NCBI GenBank assembly: GCA_002245135.1
Contig: NGBS01000872.1
Coordinates: forward strand, 434,001 to 498,000
Reading direction: 5' to 3'
Length of the DNA: 64,000 nt
Source: Proteromonas lacertae
Taxonomy: Eukaryota
Below are positions 63,607 to 64,000 of this stretch, piece after piece. Within the stretch, counting starts at the first letter, position 1. Every line of letters starts with the position of its first letter. Position numbers and translations under genes: made by a program. The notes beneath the pieces are model-generated. The model saw only the letters and a program-made list of their open reading frames with translations. It did not search any database and was not told the origin of the DNA.

Positions 63607-63705
63607 TTATAGCTTTTTTAATTGTTTGTGTTGTATAATAAACAGAAACAATTTTATTCGGATTTAGGTTTTCTGGATTATTGTTTCAAAAAGAAAATTC
63701 ACTAT

Positions 63706-64000
63706 ATGGAGAGGTTAAGTCGACTCGAGAATTTCATGTATAACAATTAAAATTAATGTATTCGATTAGGGATCCGGCGAATACCATTTATAGCCATCCT
63801 GTGTCAATTTTAGATTCATACAATGGTTCCTCAGATTCACATTTCAATAAAATTAAACCATTATCATTATCTGATGGTCCTGTTGAACAGATTCAGAGAG
63901 TGAAGTATATTTAAGAATCTATAGGAAATAGAGGTTTTCGTGGTTTTATTCATGCATCTATGCAGAAAATTCAATACATGTTATTTGGTCCCTCCACTCT
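63706..64000 (+). CDS. 5' end of unidentified gene (runs off the window end)
   Basis: MERLSRLENF|MDPANTIY...IQR|EIEVFVVLFMHLCRKFNTCYLVPPL, joined by two short GT-AG introns. Confidence 0.6.

Noticed and set aside
22945..63640. Blastocystis-type stop codons completed by polyadenylation (TGTTTGTT motif)
   Set aside because: Every complete gene I spliced ends in a genome-encoded stop. Only loose TGTTTGT-like elements occur downstream (e.g. ~44031-44037 minus strand, 63623).
1..64000. rRNA, tRNA or telomeric repeat arrays
   Set aside because: No GC-rich structured segments, tRNA A/B-box patterns or tandem TTAGGG were seen by eye. A tRNAscan/Infernal run would be needed to exclude small RNAs.

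Overview
This is very AT-rich eukaryotic nuclear DNA with dense, mostly 25-45 nt GT-AG introns (usually starting GTAT, often with (TA)n) and very short intergenic gaps. That style suggests a Blastocystis-like gut stramenopile; the taxon is an inference. Positions 1-22.7 kb are a rearranged amplicon. An inverted repeat with ~8.2 kb arms (1168-9384 / 11878-20128) surrounds a 2.5 kb spacer and overlaps a second head-to-head palindrome (1-1300 / 1958-3257). Together they hold four copies and one 5' stub of a pseudokinase-LRR gene. All its introns are phase 1, and its LRR region is a mosaic between paralogs. The amplicon also carries debris of housekeeping genes (PCCA, Hsp70, ABCA) and a non-coding array of dyad motifs. 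Positions 22.9-64 kb are compact single-copy genes: RPL23, a conserved hypothetical, three BTB paralogs, a ~1950 aa PA14/Ig/HRM-like surface protein, TAF8, NELF-B with an inserted bromodomain, an organelle-targeted TauE/SafE transporter, a MORN protein, a SAM carrier, ACBP-ankyrin, a divergent PP2A B56, a methyltransferase/SNF2-like remnant, WDR17, a membrane protein and a divergent Hsp70/110-like giant. Gene models were spliced by hand and domain calls come from motif recognition, not database searches.
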